From an uncultured Syntrophomonadaceae bacterium (GTDB lineage: Bacteria > Bacillota > Dethiobacteria > DTU022), in assembly GCA_964464625.1 (NCBI GenBank), contig CAYXKD010000006.1, positions 1,256 through 65,255 on the forward strand: a stretch of DNA of 64,000 nucleotides, read 5' to 3'. Shown here piece by piece: positions 28,831-39,763 of the stretch; within the stretch, counting starts at the first letter, position 1; every line of letters starts with the position of its first letter. Position numbers and translations under genes: made by a program. Below the pieces are notes generated by a model that saw nothing but the letters and a program-made list of their open reading frames with translations, did no database searches and was not told the DNA's origin.

Positions 28831-30108
28831 GTGAGCAGCTATTTTGTACGGGGAGGCCCCCCCCTTGAAGGAAAAATTGCGGTGCACGGCGCGAAAAATT
28901 CCATACTGCCAGTTCTGGCAGCTTCATTGCTCAATGGAACCAGGGAGAAAATCAGGCTAAAAAAGGTTCCGGCGCTCTATGATGTCAAGGCCATGGTCTC
29001 CATTCTTACCGGTTTGGGGGCGGAGGTTGAACACGACGGAGAGGATCTGCTTCTGCAAACGGCCGGTGTGGATAGTTTCCATGTTCCCGGAGAGCTGATG
29101 CGGGAGATGCGCTCAAGCATATTCCTGATGGGCCCGCTGTTGGCCAGGATGGGTCGTGCGCAGCTCTGCTATCCAGGCGGCTGTGCCATTGGAATGCGTC
29201 CCATAAATCTGCATATCGAAGGTTTGCGGAAACTGGGTGCGGTGATCGAGGAAAAAGATGAATATATTGAAGCCCGGGGGAGGCTCCGCGGCGGAGAGAT
29301 TAATCTGGATTATCCCAGCGTAGGGGCTACGGAGAATATAATACTGGCTGCTGTCACCGCACGCGGCGAAACGGTCATTCGCAATGCCGCCTGCGAACCG
29401 GAAATTGTCGATTTGCAGAATTTCTTAAATACGCTGGGAGCCAGGGTGAAAGGCGCGGGCAGCCCTGTGGTCAGGATCAGGGGAGTGGGCTCTCTGCACG
29501 GCGGCAGTTACCATGTTTACCCTGATCGCATAGTTGCCGGGACATTTTTGCTGGCCGGAGCGATCACCCGCGGCACTGTGACTGTGGAGGGTGTCAACCC
29601 CGATCACCTGGGTTCCCTTCTTAGACTGCTCGATCAGGGCGGCGCTGCGGTAACGGTTTTGGGAGAGGCAGTTACGGTTTCCGCAGAGCGGCTGAAGGCG
29701 ATTCCTCGCGTTGAGACCAAACCTTACCCGGGGTTTCCCACCGATTTGCAGCCGCCTCTTGTAGCCTGCCTGACCCTGGCACGGGGCAGCAGCACCATGA
29801 TCGAGCATGTTTTTAAAGGGCGCTTCCATCATGTTGCTGAATTGCGTAAAATGGGGGCACAGATCAATGTTCGCGGCCACAGGGCGGTGATCAACGGAGT
29901 GGGCGCTTTAAAGGGCGCTACTGTTACAGCTGCCGATTTACGGGCCGGCGCCGCTTTGGTTCTGGCGGCACTGGCGGCAAGGGGGGAAAGCAGGATCCTG
30001 GGAATTCATCATATTGAACGGGGCTACGAAAGGATGCCCGAGGCGTTGCGCTCACTGGGAGCCAGAATATTCAGGGAAAAAGATGTGAAAAGGGAGGCGG
30101 TATTTTGA
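28831..30108 (+). CDS. murA: UDP-GlcNAc 1-carboxyvinyltransferase
   Basis: GAKNS, PGGCAIG.RP (catalytic Cys), SVGATEN, PYPGFPTD, DLRAGAAL, RGYE. Confidence 0.93.
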   Translation: MSSYFVRGGPPLEGKIAVHGAKNSILPVLAASLLNGTREKIRLKKVPALYDVKAMVSILTGLGAEVEHDGEDLLLQTAGVDSFHVPGELMREMRSSIFLMGPLLARMGRAQLCYPGGCAIGMRPINLHIEGLRKLGAVIEEKDEYIEARGRLRGGEINLDYPSVGATENIILAAVTARGETVIRNAACEPEIVDLQNFLNTLGARVKGAGSPVVRIRGVGSLHGGSYHVYPDRIVAGTFLLAGAITRGTVTVEGVNPDHLGSLLRLLDQGGAAVTVLGEAVTVSAERLKAIPRVETKPYPGFPTDLQPPLVACLTLARGSSTMIEHVFKGRFHHVAELRKMGAQINVRGHRAVINGVGALKGATVTAADLRAGAALVLAALAARGESRILGIHHIERGYERMPEALRSLGARIFREKDVKREAVF

Positions 30109-30860
30109 AAGGCCGGCTCAGGCTGGCGCAACCAGCCCCCAGAAAAAAAGGCCGCCTCTCTTTGAAGAGGATTTTAATGATTTTCCTCTTTTTAGGCGCC
30201 GCTTTACTGATCTTCTGGGCCGGAGAAAATTTTTTCCAGGTGGAGGAGATCACCGTTACCGGTGCTGTGCGCCTCAGTGAAGCGGAGGTGATCTCCTTAA
30301 GCGGGATTAAAAAGGGGACAGGCCTCCTGCTGCTGTCTGGCGGAAGAGTGGAAAAAAAAGTGGCTTCTCATCCTGCGGTCCGCTCAGTGACAGTTAAAAA
30401 GCATCTTCCGGAAACTGTACGGATCGCTCTGCAGGAGCGGGAAGAGGCAGGCTCCCTTCTTGATCAGCAACGCTTCTGGCTTATCGATGGGGAAGGAGTC
30501 CTTTTTGCGGAACAGACCCTTCCAGCAGAGGGGCTGCCGGTGATTACCGGGGCCACGGCGGCGGAGATCAGCATGGGGGAACCTTTGGACCATGCGGAAA
30601 AAAGCGCAGCTTTACGAATTTTTTTAAAAGCGCTGTTCCAGGTTCCGATGTTGAAGCCGGCGGAATTGAATTTAACCGATCCGCAGGATCTCGTTCTTTA
30701 TACAGCAGAGGGATGCATGGTGTTCCTTGGAGACAGTGAAAAAATGACTGAGAAGCTCATTTTGCTCCAGGCTTTTCTGCAGGAGGGCCGGAGAGGCAAT
30801 TGTCTTGATCTGCGTGCGGGAGATCGGCTTGTTGTGGTCTCCGGTAAGAATGGCGAGTAA
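30105..30860 (+). CDS. ftsQ: Cell division protein DivIB/FtsQ
   Basis: Basic N-tail, one TM, POTRA domain (VEEITVTG...LPETVRIALQER), C-terminal LDLR; upstream of ftsA. Confidence 0.88.
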   Translation: MKGRLRLAQPAPRKKGRLSLKRILMIFLFLGAALLIFWAGENFFQVEEITVTGAVRLSEAEVISLSGIKKGTGLLLLSGGRVEKKVASHPAVRSVTVKKHLPETVRIALQEREEAGSLLDQQRFWLIDGEGVLFAEQTLPAEGLPVITGATAAEISMGEPLDHAEKSAALRIFLKALFQVPMLKPAELNLTDPQDLVLYTAEGCMVFLGDSEKMTEKLILLQAFLQEGRRGNCLDLRAGDRLVVVSGKNGE

Positions 30861-30944
30861 AAATTTGTCGTTGTTAGCGGAAATATGAAGGGGAATAATT
30901 ATGCAATGTGGAATTGAAAGCAGGAAGGGTAAGGGGGTGTAGAA

Positions 30945-32174
30945 ATGGTTCGAAAAAACTATCTTATTGGTATCGATGTTGGCACAACCCAGGTTCGGGT
31001 GATTGTTGGGGAACCCCGCCCTGATGGCACAGTGAGCATAATCGGCCTGGGGTTGGCACCTTCCGAAGGCCTGAAAAAAGGAATTATTGTGGATCTGGAG
31101 TTGACTGTGGAGGCCATAGTTTCTGCCGCAGCTGAGGCCGAAAGAATGTGCGGTTTCAAAATTGAATCTGCCTGTGTTGGCCTTCCAGGATTGAATACAG
31201 AACTTATTGGCAACCGCGGCGTGGTGGCGGTGCAATCTACTGATCGGGAGATCAGGGAGGAAGACCTGGAAAGGGTTTTGCAGGCTGCCCGGGTGATTGC
31301 TCTTTCTATCGATCGGGAAATTGTGGAGGTGATTCCCCGGGAATTCATAGTTGACGGCTATGACGGGATCCGTGATCCTGTTGGCATGCTGGGGGTTCGC
31401 CTGGAGGTTGATGCAATGGTCTTGACAAACCCCATCACCGCACTGCGCAACCTGACCCGGTGCGTTACACGGGCCGGAATCGGTGTGGCGGGTATGGTGT
31501 TGCAGCCCCTGGCCGCTGCTGAGGTCTCGCTGTCCGCTGATGAAAAGGAGCTCGGTGTCTTCCTTATTGACATAGGCGGTGGGACTACGGATATTGCTCT
31601 GTTTCAGCAGGGTAAACTGCAGCAGATTGCTGCATTGCCTGTTGGGGGCGATCACATTACCAGCGACCTTGCTATGGGCTTGCGAACAAGCTTTTTCACA
31701 GCAGAAAGTATAAAGATCGAGCATGGCAGCGCTCTTGCTTCTATGGCATCCGATGATGCTCATATTGAAATCAGCAGTGTTGGCAGCAGGGAGCGCCGGC
31801 ATGTATCGCCCAAAGAGATCAGTCGCTATATTGAACCGCGGGTTCAGGAGCTCTTCCAGATTGTTCGTGAAGAGATGATTAAAATGGGTCAGCCCGGGCT
31901 TCCTCCTGCAGGAGCGGTGTTTACCGGCGGTGTTTCCCAGATGAGCGGGCTCATCGACCTGGCTTCTCTCTACTTTGAAAGCAATCAGGTGCGGCAGGCG
32001 GAATATGATTACGTGGGTATTCAGAATCCCATCTATACCAATGCCGCGGGTTTGCTCTACTACGCATACCGGCATCAACCCAGGTTGTACCAGGAGAGGG
32101 CAGGGGGCGGGCATAAAGCGAAACCGGGTTTATGGAAAAGAGCCAAAGACTGGCTGAACGAATTTATAGAATAA
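30945..32174 (+). CDS. ftsA: Cell division protein FtsA
   Basis: GIDVGTT, GLKKGIIVD, DPVGMLG, IDIGGGTT, FTGGVS. Confidence 0.96.
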   Translation: MVRKNYLIGIDVGTTQVRVIVGEPRPDGTVSIIGLGLAPSEGLKKGIIVDLELTVEAIVSAAAEAERMCGFKIESACVGLPGLNTELIGNRGVVAVQSTDREIREEDLERVLQAARVIALSIDREIVEVIPREFIVDGYDGIRDPVGMLGVRLEVDAMVLTNPITALRNLTRCVTRAGIGVAGMVLQPLAAAEVSLSADEKELGVFLIDIGGGTTDIALFQQGKLQQIAALPVGGDHITSDLAMGLRTSFFTAESIKIEHGSALASMASDDAHIEISSVGSRERRHVSPKEISRYIEPRVQELFQIVREEMIKMGQPGLPPAGAVFTGGVSQMSGLIDLASLYFESNQVRQAEYDYVGIQNPIYTNAAGLLYYAYRHQPRLYQERAGGGHKAKPGLWKRAKDWLNEFIE

Positions 32175-32209
32175 AAGGTGCGATCCTCTGAAGGAGGTGC
32201 TCAGGAAAG

Positions 32210-33304
32210 ATGATTGAATTTGACAATGAAAAGTCCCAGTTCACCTCTATTAAGGTTGTCGGCATCGGCGGCGGCGGCAACAATGCCGTCAACCGGATGA
32301 TCGGCGCCGGCTTAAAAGGTGTTGAGTTTATTACAGTAAACACAGATGCCCAGGCACTGCACCTGGTGAATTCGGGCGTTAAGTTGCAGATTGGCGAAAA
32401 ATTGACCAAGGGGCTGGGCGCCGGAGCCAACCCGGAGATCGGCCGGCAGGCTGCCGAAGAGAGCCGTGAGCTTATCGAGGACAACCTGCGCGGAGCAGAT
32501 ATGATATTCCTGACCGCCGGTATGGGCGGCGGCACCGGAACGGGAGCTACGCCGGTAATTGCCGAGGTGGCCCGGGAGCTCGACGCTTCTCCCCTGAAAC
32601 GACCCCTTGTAGTCGGTGTTGTCACGAAGCCCTTCAGCTTTGAAGGGCGCAAACGGCAGCGGCAGGCTGAAGAGGGGATTGCTATACTTCAGGAGAAAGT
32701 CGATACACTGATTACCATTCCCAATGATCGCCTTTTTCAGGTTATCGAGAAACGGACACCAATCCTGGAGGCATTTCGTGTTGTTGATGATGTACTCCGC
32801 CAGGCGGTACAAAGCATTTCCGATCTCATTGCAGTTCCCGGATTGATCAACCTTGATTTTGCAGATATCCGCACGATCATGTCTGAAACGGGTCCGGCCC
32901 TCATGGGTGTGGGTGAAGGCAGCGGTGACAATCGCACTGCCGAGGCGGCAAAAGCGGCTACAAACAGCCCCCTGCTGGAAACATCCATTGAAGGAGCCAC
33001 AGGCTTGCTCATCAATGTGAGCGGCGGACCCGACCTGGGACTATTTGAGGTACAGGAAGCGGCCGATATTGCAGGCAACTCCATAGACCCCAATGCTGTA
33101 ATTATATTCGGAGCGACTATTGATGAGGAGTTGCAGGAGAGAGTCCGGGTGACCGTCATCGCTACAGGTTTCAAAAGGAAGCGCCAGGTTCACCAGCAGG
33201 CTTTCCAGGAGCTGGGCTATAGCGATTATGCCCGCGGCAGGGATATCGACCGCCCCGCCTGGTCTCGCTTCCGGGAGCAGGAAGACGAAACAGGTGACAA
33301 TTGA
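32210..33304 (+). CDS. ftsZ: Cell division protein FtsZ
   Basis: [39 protein letters not shown]. Confidence 0.99.
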   Translation: MIEFDNEKSQFTSIKVVGIGGGGNNAVNRMIGAGLKGVEFITVNTDAQALHLVNSGVKLQIGEKLTKGLGAGANPEIGRQAAEESRELIEDNLRGADMIFLTAGMGGGTGTGATPVIAEVARELDASPLKRPLVVGVVTKPFSFEGRKRQRQAEEGIAILQEKVDTLITIPNDRLFQVIEKRTPILEAFRVVDDVLRQAVQSISDLIAVPGLINLDFADIRTIMSETGPALMGVGEGSGDNRTAEAAKAATNSPLLETSIEGATGLLINVSGGPDLGLFEVQEAADIAGNSIDPNAVIIFGATIDEELQERVRVTVIATGFKRKRQVHQQAFQELGYSDYARGRDIDRPAWSRFREQEDETGDN

Positions 33305-33330
33305 AATATTAAGCAGCAAACAACTTTATC

Positions 33331-33365
33331 AAAAAACTTCCCTGAGTGAACGGGGAAGTTTTTTT
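33331..33365 (+). terminator. Intrinsic (bidirectional-type) terminator after ftsZ
   Basis: AAAAAACTTCCC-loop-GGGAAGTTTTTTT. Confidence 0.85.
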
Positions 33366-33396
33366 GTCAGAATCTTTGCCCTTGATGATGCCAAAG

Positions 33397-33430
33397 AGCG
33401 ACAGACTTCTGTGCTCCCTTCCCTTATAGT
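33397..33430 (+). promoter_or_regulatory. spoIIG-type promoter (long spacer, Spo0A-like site over the -35)
   Basis: GCGACA-21 nt-TATAGT. The reverse strand over the -35 reads TGTCGCT (0A-box-like). The over-long spacer resembles B. subtilis PspoIIG. Confidence 0.55.
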
Positions 33431-33496
33431 AGGGCATATCCAGGGTGGTCTGTTCATATATTTATAAGAACAAGCCCCTCATGCAGGGGGTGTGAA

Positions 33497-34369
33497 ATGT
33501 ATCTTGACCTTCTTTTTTTCCTCAATCTGCTGGTGCATTATTTCCTTCTTCTTTTTACGGCAAAGCTTTTCCACCGTGAAACAGCTTTCGGGAGGCTGCT
33601 GGCAGGTGCGGCAATTGGGGCTCTGGCAATCCTGGTCCTGCCTTTTCCACATTCTCCGGTGCTGGCTGCCGCATTAATACTGGCGGCGCCGCTGCTCATG
33701 GTGCTCACTGCATTCTGGCCGCTGCGACCGCTGGAGATATTCTATTTTTGGGGCGCTTTTTTTGTTGCTTCTTTTGTTGTTGCCGGAGCCCTTGGCGCTT
33801 TGCTGAACTTTAATGGGCCCCGTCAAATATTTTCTTCGCCAATGGGTATATTTATAATTTTTGGCGTCTCCATCCTGCTTTACCTGCTCCTTGGCCTGCT
33901 GAGGCCCTTTCGTGAGGATAAGAAATGGCAGAAGATCTTGCGGGTGGATCTCCAGGTGGTCTGGCAGGGAAAAGAGAAAAGCTTTCCGGCTTTTTTGGAT
34001 ACCGGCAACCGGCTGCGTGATCCCTTCTCCAGTCTTCCCGTGATTTTAGTTGACTACCGCAGTCTGGAGGGAATGCTGCCATCGCAGGTCTTTCACTGCC
34101 TTGCCGAGGAGGGGTCAGAGTCGTGGAGCGCACTGGAGAGGCTCTCTGATCCGGCGCTGGCACGGTGTTTTACTCTTATTCCCTGCCGGGGGGTGGGCCG
34201 CAAGGGTGAAATCCTGCTTGGCTTCAAGCCGGACAGGGTTGAATATTTTAAAAACGGACAGATCAGGCCTCTTGGATCCCAGGTTTTTATCGCATTAAGC
34301 CGCCGCGGATTTGGTCCGACAGCAGAATATAGAGCACTGCTGCCGCCGGAGCTGCTCCGCGCGGGCTAG
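33497..34369 (+). CDS. spoIIGA: Pro-sigma-E processing aspartic protease
   Basis: [11 protein letters not shown]-terminus, multiple TM segments, catalytic LDTGN.LRDP; upstream of sigE. Confidence 0.93.
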   Translation: MYLDLLFFLNLLVHYFLLLFTAKLFHRETAFGRLLAGAAIGALAILVLPFPHSPVLAAALILAAPLLMVLTAFWPLRPLEIFYFWGAFFVASFVVAGALGALLNFNGPRQIFSSPMGIFIIFGVSILLYLLLGLLRPFREDKKWQKILRVDLQVVWQGKEKSFPAFLDTGNRLRDPFSSLPVILVDYRSLEGMLPSQVFHCLAEEGSESWSALERLSDPALARCFTLIPCRGVGRKGEILLGFKPDRVEYFKNGQIRPLGSQVFIALSRRGFGPTAEYRALLPPELLRAG

Positions 34370-34394
34370 TTTTATTAAAAATGGAGGTGACTTG

Positions 34395-35126
34395 ATGAAA
34401 AAGAAAAAATTTCGCCCGCTTATCTTAAAGCTCGCTCTTTTGCGGCTGAGGCGCTTTCTGGGTCTTGATTATCTGGATTATATCTATTATGTCACCAGCA
34501 GTGAAGCGCTGCCCCCGCCGCTCAGCCTTGAAGAGGAGGGCTTTCTGCTGGATAAGCTGAAGAAGGGGGATGGAGCTGTCCGCACCGTTCTCATCGAGCG
34601 CAATCTACGGCTTGTTGTCTATATCGCCAGGAAATTTGAAAACACGGGTGTCACCATCGATGATCTCGTCTCCATCGGGACAATCGGCCTTATAAAGGCG
34701 GTGAACACCTTTGATCCGCATAAGAACATCAAGCTGGCTACCTATGCCTCAAAATGTATTGAGAATGAGATTCTCATGTTTCTAAGGCGTAACAACCGGG
34801 TGCGCAGCGAGATCTCCTTTGACGAACCGCTGAATGTGGATTGGGACGGTAATGAGCTGCTTCTCTCCGACGTCCTCGGCACTGAAGGGGACCTTGTTTT
34901 AAAGAATATTGAAGCTGAGGTTGAGCGAAAACTGCTTTACCTGGCCATGGAGAAGCTGAGCTACCGGGAGCGGCGGATCATGGAGCTTCGTTTCGGTCTT
35001 GTGAGCGGTGTGGAGAAAACACAGAAGGAGGTTGCCGAACTGCTGGGGATTTCGCAATCCTATATATCCAGGCTGGAAAAACGAATTATCAAAAGATTAC
35101 AGCGAGAAATTCGGAAGATGGAATAG
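34395..35126 (+). CDS. sigE: Sporulation sigma factor pro-sigma-E
   Basis: Basic pro-peptide, [51 protein letters not shown]. Confidence 0.97.
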   Translation: MKKKKFRPLILKLALLRLRRFLGLDYLDYIYYVTSSEALPPPLSLEEEGFLLDKLKKGDGAVRTVLIERNLRLVVYIARKFENTGVTIDDLVSIGTIGLIKAVNTFDPHKNIKLATYASKCIENEILMFLRRNNRVRSEISFDEPLNVDWDGNELLLSDVLGTEGDLVLKNIEAEVERKLLYLAMEKLSYRERRIMELRFGLVSGVEKTQKEVAELLGISQSYISRLEKRIIKRLQREIRKME

Positions 35127-35145
35127 ACAGGCAACTACCGCTTCA

Positions 35146-35173
35146 GTATAAAAGGAGCCGCCAGGGAGATACT
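35146..35173 (+). promoter_or_regulatory. sigma-F/sigma-G promoter of sigG
   Basis: GTATA-14 nt-GGAGATACT, same geometry and -10 as B. subtilis PspoIIIG. Confidence 0.7.
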
Positions 35174-35209
35174 CTAGTTATCTCTTAAACAGCTGCAAGG
35201 GGCGAAAAA

Positions 35210-35980
35210 ATGAACAAGGTGGAAATTTGTGGCGTAAATACGTCCAAGCTTCCAGTTCTAAAGAACAAGATCATGAGGCAGCTTTTTGAGGCGATGCAGA
35301 AAGGAGATGGGTCGGCAAGAGAAAAACTGATCAGCGGTAACCTGCGACTGGTTCTTAGCGTAATCCAGCGATTCAACAACCGTGGTGAATATGTGGATGA
35401 TCTCTTCCAGGTGGGCTGCATCGGTCTGATCAAAGCCATCGATAATTTTGATCTGACGCAGAATGTCAAGTTTTCCACCTATGCAGTTCCCATGATTATT
35501 GGGGAAATCCGGCGCTACCTCAGGGATAACAACCTTATCCGGGTAAGCCGCTCCCTGCGCGACATTGCTTATAAGGTTTTGCAGGTAAGGGATGTGTTGG
35601 CTAACAGGTTCTCCCGGGAGCCATCCATCAATGAAATTGCATCAGAACTGGATCTGGGATCTGAAGAGATTGTCAGCGCTCTGGATGCCATACAGGAGCC
35701 TCTCTCTCTATTTGAACCGATTTACCATGACGGTGGGGATCCTATCTTTGTCATGGATCAGATCAGCGATGAGAAAAACAATGATGAGCGCTGGCTGGAG
35801 ATCCTGGCAATCAAAGAAGCCATGACCAGGCTTAATGAACGGGAAAAAATGATTTTGACGATGCGTTTTTACAGGGGAAAAACGCAGATGGAGGTAGCCG
35901 ATGAAATCGGCATCTCGCAGGCCCAGGTCTCGCGCCTGGAAAAAGCCGCCCTAGGCCATTTGCGAAAACACGTTCAGTAA
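35210..35980 (+). CDS. sigG: Sporulation sigma factor sigma-G
   Basis: MNKVEICGVNTSKLPVL, DDLFQVGCIGL, GKTQMEVA.EIGISQAQVSRLEK. Confidence 0.98.
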   Translation: MNKVEICGVNTSKLPVLKNKIMRQLFEAMQKGDGSAREKLISGNLRLVLSVIQRFNNRGEYVDDLFQVGCIGLIKAIDNFDLTQNVKFSTYAVPMIIGEIRRYLRDNNLIRVSRSLRDIAYKVLQVRDVLANRFSREPSINEIASELDLGSEEIVSALDAIQEPLSLFEPIYHDGGDPIFVMDQISDEKNNDERWLEILAIKEAMTRLNEREKMILTMRFYRGKTQMEVADEIGISQAQVSRLEKAALGHLRKHVQ

Positions 35981-36012
35981 AAACAGCTTCAGACCGATGA
36001 TAATACGGTTTA

Positions 36013-36055
36013 AAATACTTACTCCGGTGCCTGTCTGACACCGGAGTAAGTATTT
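36013..36055. repeat. Perfect 17-bp inverted repeat (REP-like or terminator-like)
   Basis: AAATACTTACTCCGGTG-CCTGTCTGA-CACCGGAGTAAGTATTT. Confidence 0.85.
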
Positions 36056-36136
36056 GTGCCGCAAAAGTTGTTTGAATTGCGCTGAAAGAGCTGGGGGATT
36101 ATAATGAACTAAAGAAAAGCCGGGAGGAGGACCCTT

Positions 36137-36376
36137 TTGATTAGAATAAGCGAATTGCGGGAACGCGATGTGGTCAATGTAAATGACGGTCGCAGGTTGG
36201 GGATGATCAAAGATCTGGAGCTTGATCTGGAGAAGGGTACCGTTAAAGCGATCATTGTTCCCGCTGCAGGTGGCGTATGGGGGAAATTCTCCCGGGCTAA
36301 AGATTATCTTATACCCTGGGAGAAAATAGTCAAAATTGGCGTTGATACCATTCTTGTGGATCACCCTGTGGATTAG
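36137..36376 (+). CDS. ylmC: YlmC/YmxH-family PRC-barrel sporulation protein
   Basis: RISELRERDVVNVNDGRRLG...IPWEKIVKIGVDTILV; follows sigG. Confidence 0.92.
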   Translation: MIRISELRERDVVNVNDGRRLGMIKDLELDLEKGTVKAIIVPAAGGVWGKFSRAKDYLIPWEKIVKIGVDTILVDHPVD

Positions 36377-36525
36377 GGGCATAAAGCCGGAAGGGAGAAT
36401 CCGAAAACCTGCTATTGTTTTTGCTGAAGAAACACCGCATTGTCATTTCCATGAACGCATTTCGCCTTGTATCTTGACAGGTAAAATGGATTTGATTATC
36501 TGTAAAAACTAGCTTTTCAAGACCT

Positions 36526-36560
36526 GACCCCGGTTGGTTGTTATCAGCTGGGGTCCTTTA
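36526..36560 (+). terminator. Hairpin, probable terminator upstream of nrdR
   Basis: GACCCCGGTTGGT-TGTT-ATCAGCTGGGGTC gives 13 pairs including G-U, followed only by a short CTTT. Confidence 0.5.
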
Positions 36561-36614
36561 AATTGCTCGAATTGTCCGGGATGGGTAAATTTCGGGAATT
36601 AGAGGATTTCGCGC

Positions 36615-36667
36615 TTTACATTACTAGATGTTGTGCTATATAATACTGGCAACACAACATGTAGGGT
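36615..36667 (+). promoter_or_regulatory. sigma-A promoter with tandem NrdR boxes
   Basis: TTTACA-18 nt-TATAAT (36615-36644). NrdR-box matches TTACTAGATGTTGTGC (36621-36636) and ACACAACATGTAGGGT (36652-36667), 31 nt apart. Confidence 0.8.
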
Positions 36668-36676
36668 GTCGGAGCG

Positions 36677-37171
36677 ATGAAATGTCCTTACTGCGGCACG
36701 CAGGATAGCCGGGTTCTCGATTCCCGGGTCACCCGGGAGGGCGCCTCAATCAGGCGGCGGCGGGAATGCAACGGCTGTGCAAACCGCTTTTCTACAATGG
36801 AAAGAATTGAAGAGGAGCCGCTCGTTGTGATAAAGCGCGACGGGCGGCGGGAACTCTTTGACGGCAACAAGGTTCTGCGGGGGCTGCTCCTGGCAGGGAG
36901 GAAACGCAATATTCCCCTTGCAAGATGGCAGCAACTGGTGGAGCAGCTGGAACAGGAGCTGCACAGCAGTTACTCCAGGGAGATTGACACCGGCGAGATC
37001 GGTGAGTTCGTGTTGGAGAGGCTGCGGCAGATCGACGAAGTGGCATATGTCCGCTTCGCTTCTGTTTATCGCCAGTTCCCTGATGTGGAAACTTTTAAAA
37101 TCGAACTGGAGAGAATGCTTCGGCTAAAAGAGGGTAAAAAGCCGCCGGAAGCGGGCAAAAGGGAGGAGTAG
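36677..37171 (+). CDS. nrdR: Ribonucleotide reductase repressor
   Basis: MKCPYC...SRVLDSR...IRRRREC..C..RFST zinc ribbon plus ATP cone, DEVAYVRFASVYRQF. Confidence 0.98.
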   Translation: MKCPYCGTQDSRVLDSRVTREGASIRRRRECNGCANRFSTMERIEEEPLVVIKRDGRRELFDGNKVLRGLLLAGRKRNIPLARWQQLVEQLEQELHSSYSREIDTGEIGEFVLERLRQIDEVAYVRFASVYRQFPDVETFKIELERMLRLKEGKKPPEAGKREE

Positions 37172-37175
37172 GGCA

Positions 37176-39263
37176 ATGTCTGGTTCAGCTGTTTTAAAGA
37201 ATCACGATTATGGAAAGACCCCATTCACAGAGATACGGAAACGTGATGGACGGGTCGTTCTCTTTGAGCCTGAGAAGATCACTGATGCAATCTTCAAGGC
37301 AGTCCAGGCTGTAGGGGGAAGCAACAGGGATATTGCTGAGAACCTGACAGGGCAGGTGGTTCGTCATCTTCAGGAGGCAGGCTACAATGGCATTGTTCCT
37401 GCGGTAGAAGAGGTCCAGGATGCCGTGGAGAAGGTGCTCATAGAGAATGGACATGCCCGCACTGCCAAGGCTTACATCCTGTACCGCGACCGGCGCACGC
37501 GGATCCGCGAAGCTAAATCGGAGCTTATGGATGTGGTCAAGGAGATCCTGGTGGAGACAAGCCGGGAGAATGCCAATATAAGCAATTCGCCCTCGGCGAA
37601 GATGCTGCAGATTGCCATGGCTGCGAGCAAGAAATATTATCTGAGCAATTTGCTGCCCGAGGAATTCGCCCTGGCGCATATTAACGGCTCTTTTCATATC
37701 CATGATCTGGACTACTACAGCAAGACCCTGAACTGCCTGCAGATTGACCTGGGCAGGCTTTTCAGTGAAGGTTTTAATACCGGGTACGGCTATATCAGAC
37801 CGCCAAAAAGGGTCGCTTCGGCTGCGGCTCAGGCGGCGATTATCCTGCAGAGCAACCAAAATGAAATGTTCGGCGGACAGAGTTTCCCCCATTTTGATCG
37901 CAGTATGGGCGAGCTGATCCGCACTCTTAAGGAGCAGCCCGGCGAAGAGGAGATCTACCAGGCCATGGAGGGGCTGATCTACAACCTGAATTCCATGCAT
38001 TCCCGGGCAGGTGCGCAGGTTCCCTTTTCTTCCATCAACCTGGGGACTGACACCACGACCGAGGGAAGGGCTGTCACCGGTGCCATCCTGGAGGCCTTCT
38101 ACCGCGGCCTGGGCCGCGGCGAGAGCCCCATCTTTCCCAATCTTGTCTTTCGCATTCAGAAGGGAACGAATTTCAATCCCGGAGATCCCAATTACGACCT
38201 CTACTGCCTTGCCCTGAAAGTAGCAGCACGGCGGATGAATCCCACCTTCAGCTTTATGGACAGCACCTTTAATGGGAAATACGGCGATGAGGTCGCTTAC
38301 ATGGGCTGCCGAAGCCGGGTCATTGGCAACCGCCACGGTCCCGAGGTCTCGGCGGGGCGCGGCAACTTTGCCTTTACCACTTTGAATTTGCCCCGCCTTG
38401 CCCTGGAGAGCCGCGGGAGCCAGGATCTCTTTTTTGTCGAGCTGGACCGGTGCCTCCTTCTTGCCGCCAGGCAGCTGCTGCACCGCTTTGAAGTGATCTC
38501 CAGACTGCGGGTAAGAGATCTGCCTTTTTTGATGGGTGAAAGGCTTTATCTCGGCTCGGAAAATCTGGATCAGGAGGATCGGATCGGTGAAGCTATCAAG
38601 CACAGCACTCTGGCTATCGGTTTTATCGGGTTGGCCGAGACACTGCAACTGCTCGCCGGTAAGCATCACGGGGAGGATGAAGAGGCGCTGCAGCTGGGGC
38701 TGCAGATTGCCCATCACATGTTCCGGCGCTGTGAGCAGTTTTGCGAAGAATATGATCTCAATTTTGTCCTGCTGGCGACGCCGGCGGAGGGTCTTTCCGG
38801 ACGTTTCCTGGAAATAGACAGAGAGCGTTTCGGCGTGCTCCCGGGGATCACAGATAAGGAGTATTACACCAACTCCTTTCACCTGCCGGTGAACTTTGCC
38901 ACATCCATGACTGATAAAATTGAGAAAGAAGGTTGTTTTCACCGTTTCTGCAATGCCGGGCACATCAGCTATGTGGAGCTGGAGGCGCCGCCACTGCATA
39001 ATATTGAGGCTGTCGACAGGATTGTCCGTCTCATGGCCGCCTCTGATGTGGGTTACGGTGGGATCAACTATCCTGTGGATGAATGCTGCGCCTGTGCTTT
39101 TAGCGGGGTTTTTGGCGACTGCTGTCCGCAATGCGGCAGCAACGCCATCAGGCGGATTCGCCGCATTACCGGCTACCTTTCCACCGAGGACTGTTTCAAC
39201 GAAGCGAAGCGCCATGAACTGAAAGAGAGGCGGTCACATTTTGGGCCGCGTGAAACAAAGTGA
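37176..39263 (+). CDS. nrdD: Anaerobic (class III) ribonucleoside-triphosphate reductase
   Basis: N-terminal ATP cone (IRKRDG), [24 protein letters not shown], CxxC...CxxC, and the glycyl-radical motif RITGYL. Confidence 0.96.
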   Translation: MSGSAVLKNHDYGKTPFTEIRKRDGRVVLFEPEKITDAIFKAVQAVGGSNRDIAENLTGQVVRHLQEAGYNGIVPAVEEVQDAVEKVLIENGHARTAKAYILYRDRRTRIREAKSELMDVVKEILVETSRENANISNSPSAKMLQIAMAASKKYYLSNLLPEEFALAHINGSFHIHDLDYYSKTLNCLQIDLGRLFSEGFNTGYGYIRPPKRVASAAAQAAIILQSNQNEMFGGQSFPHFDRSMGELIRTLKEQPGEEEIYQAMEGLIYNLNSMHSRAGAQVPFSSINLGTDTTTEGRAVTGAILEAFYRGLGRGESPIFPNLVFRIQKGTNFNPGDPNYDLYCLALKVAARRMNPTFSFMDSTFNGKYGDEVAYMGCRSRVIGNRHGPEVSAGRGNFAFTTLNLPRLALESRGSQDLFFVELDRCLLLAARQLLHRFEVISRLRVRDLPFLMGERLYLGSENLDQEDRIGEAIKHSTLAIGFIGLAETLQLLAGKHHGEDEEALQLGLQIAHHMFRRCEQFCEEYDLNFVLLATPAEGLSGRFLEIDRERFGVLPGITDKEYYTNSFHLPVNFATSMTDKIEKEGCFHRFCNAGHISYVELEAPPLHNIEAVDRIVRLMAASDVGYGGINYPVDECCACAFSGVFGDCCPQCGSNAIRRIRRITGYLSTEDCFNEAKRHELKERRSHFGPRETK

Positions 39264-39763
39264 AACTGCGCCTGGCAGGGATAGTTCCGGAATCAGTTGT
39301 CGACGGTCCGGGGATCCGCCTGTCGATATTTTTCCAGGGTTGTCCCCACCGCTGCCCCGGCTGTCATAACCCTGAAACGCATGATCCAGGCGGCGGGAGG
39401 GAGATGGATGCCCGGGAATTGCTGTCGAGAATCAGGAGTAGCAGGGGTATCGATGGGGTGACTTTTTCTGGTGGTGAGCCTTTTGAGCAGGCAGCGGGCC
39501 TGGCCGGACTGGCGGAGGAGATTGGCCTTCTGGGGCTGAACCTGGTGATCTACAGCGGTTTCACCTTTGAGGTTCTTTTTAAAAAAAGTAAAAGCGATCA
39601 TCATATCCGGCAGCTGCTCGGGGCGGGAATGCTGCTCATAGACGGGCCCTACATCCGGGAGGAGCGCGATTTGACGCTGCCCTTCCGGGGATCGCACAAT
39701 CAGCGCCTCATTGACCTGCCCCGCTCTTTTGGAAAGGGCGCTGCAGTGGAGTGGAAAGTATGA
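39260..39763 (+). CDS. nrdG: Class III RNR activating radical-SAM enzyme
   Basis: [20 protein letters not shown] (CxxxCxxC), [13 protein letters not shown]. Confidence 0.95.
   Translation: MKLRLAGIVPESVVDGPGIRLSIFFQGCPHRCPGCHNPETHDPGGGREMDARELLSRIRSSRGIDGVTFSGGEPFEQAAGLAGLAEEIGLLGLNLVIYSGFTFEVLFKKSKSDHHIRQLLGAGMLLIDGPYIREERDLTLPFRGSHNQRLIDLPRSFGKGAAVEWKV

Noticed and set aside
30884-30920. sigma-H promoter for ftsA (GGGGAATA...GTGGAAT)
   Set aside because: The spacer is 10 nt instead of 11-12 and the -35 has a mismatch; not supportable.
37194-39215. 673-aa minus-strand ORF opposite nrdD, and similar long antisense ORFs (30672-32114, 6540-7616, 9475-10314, 13015-13788)
   Set aside because: They mirror well-supported + strand genes, have no recognisable motifs, and are expected shadows of GC-rich codon usage.
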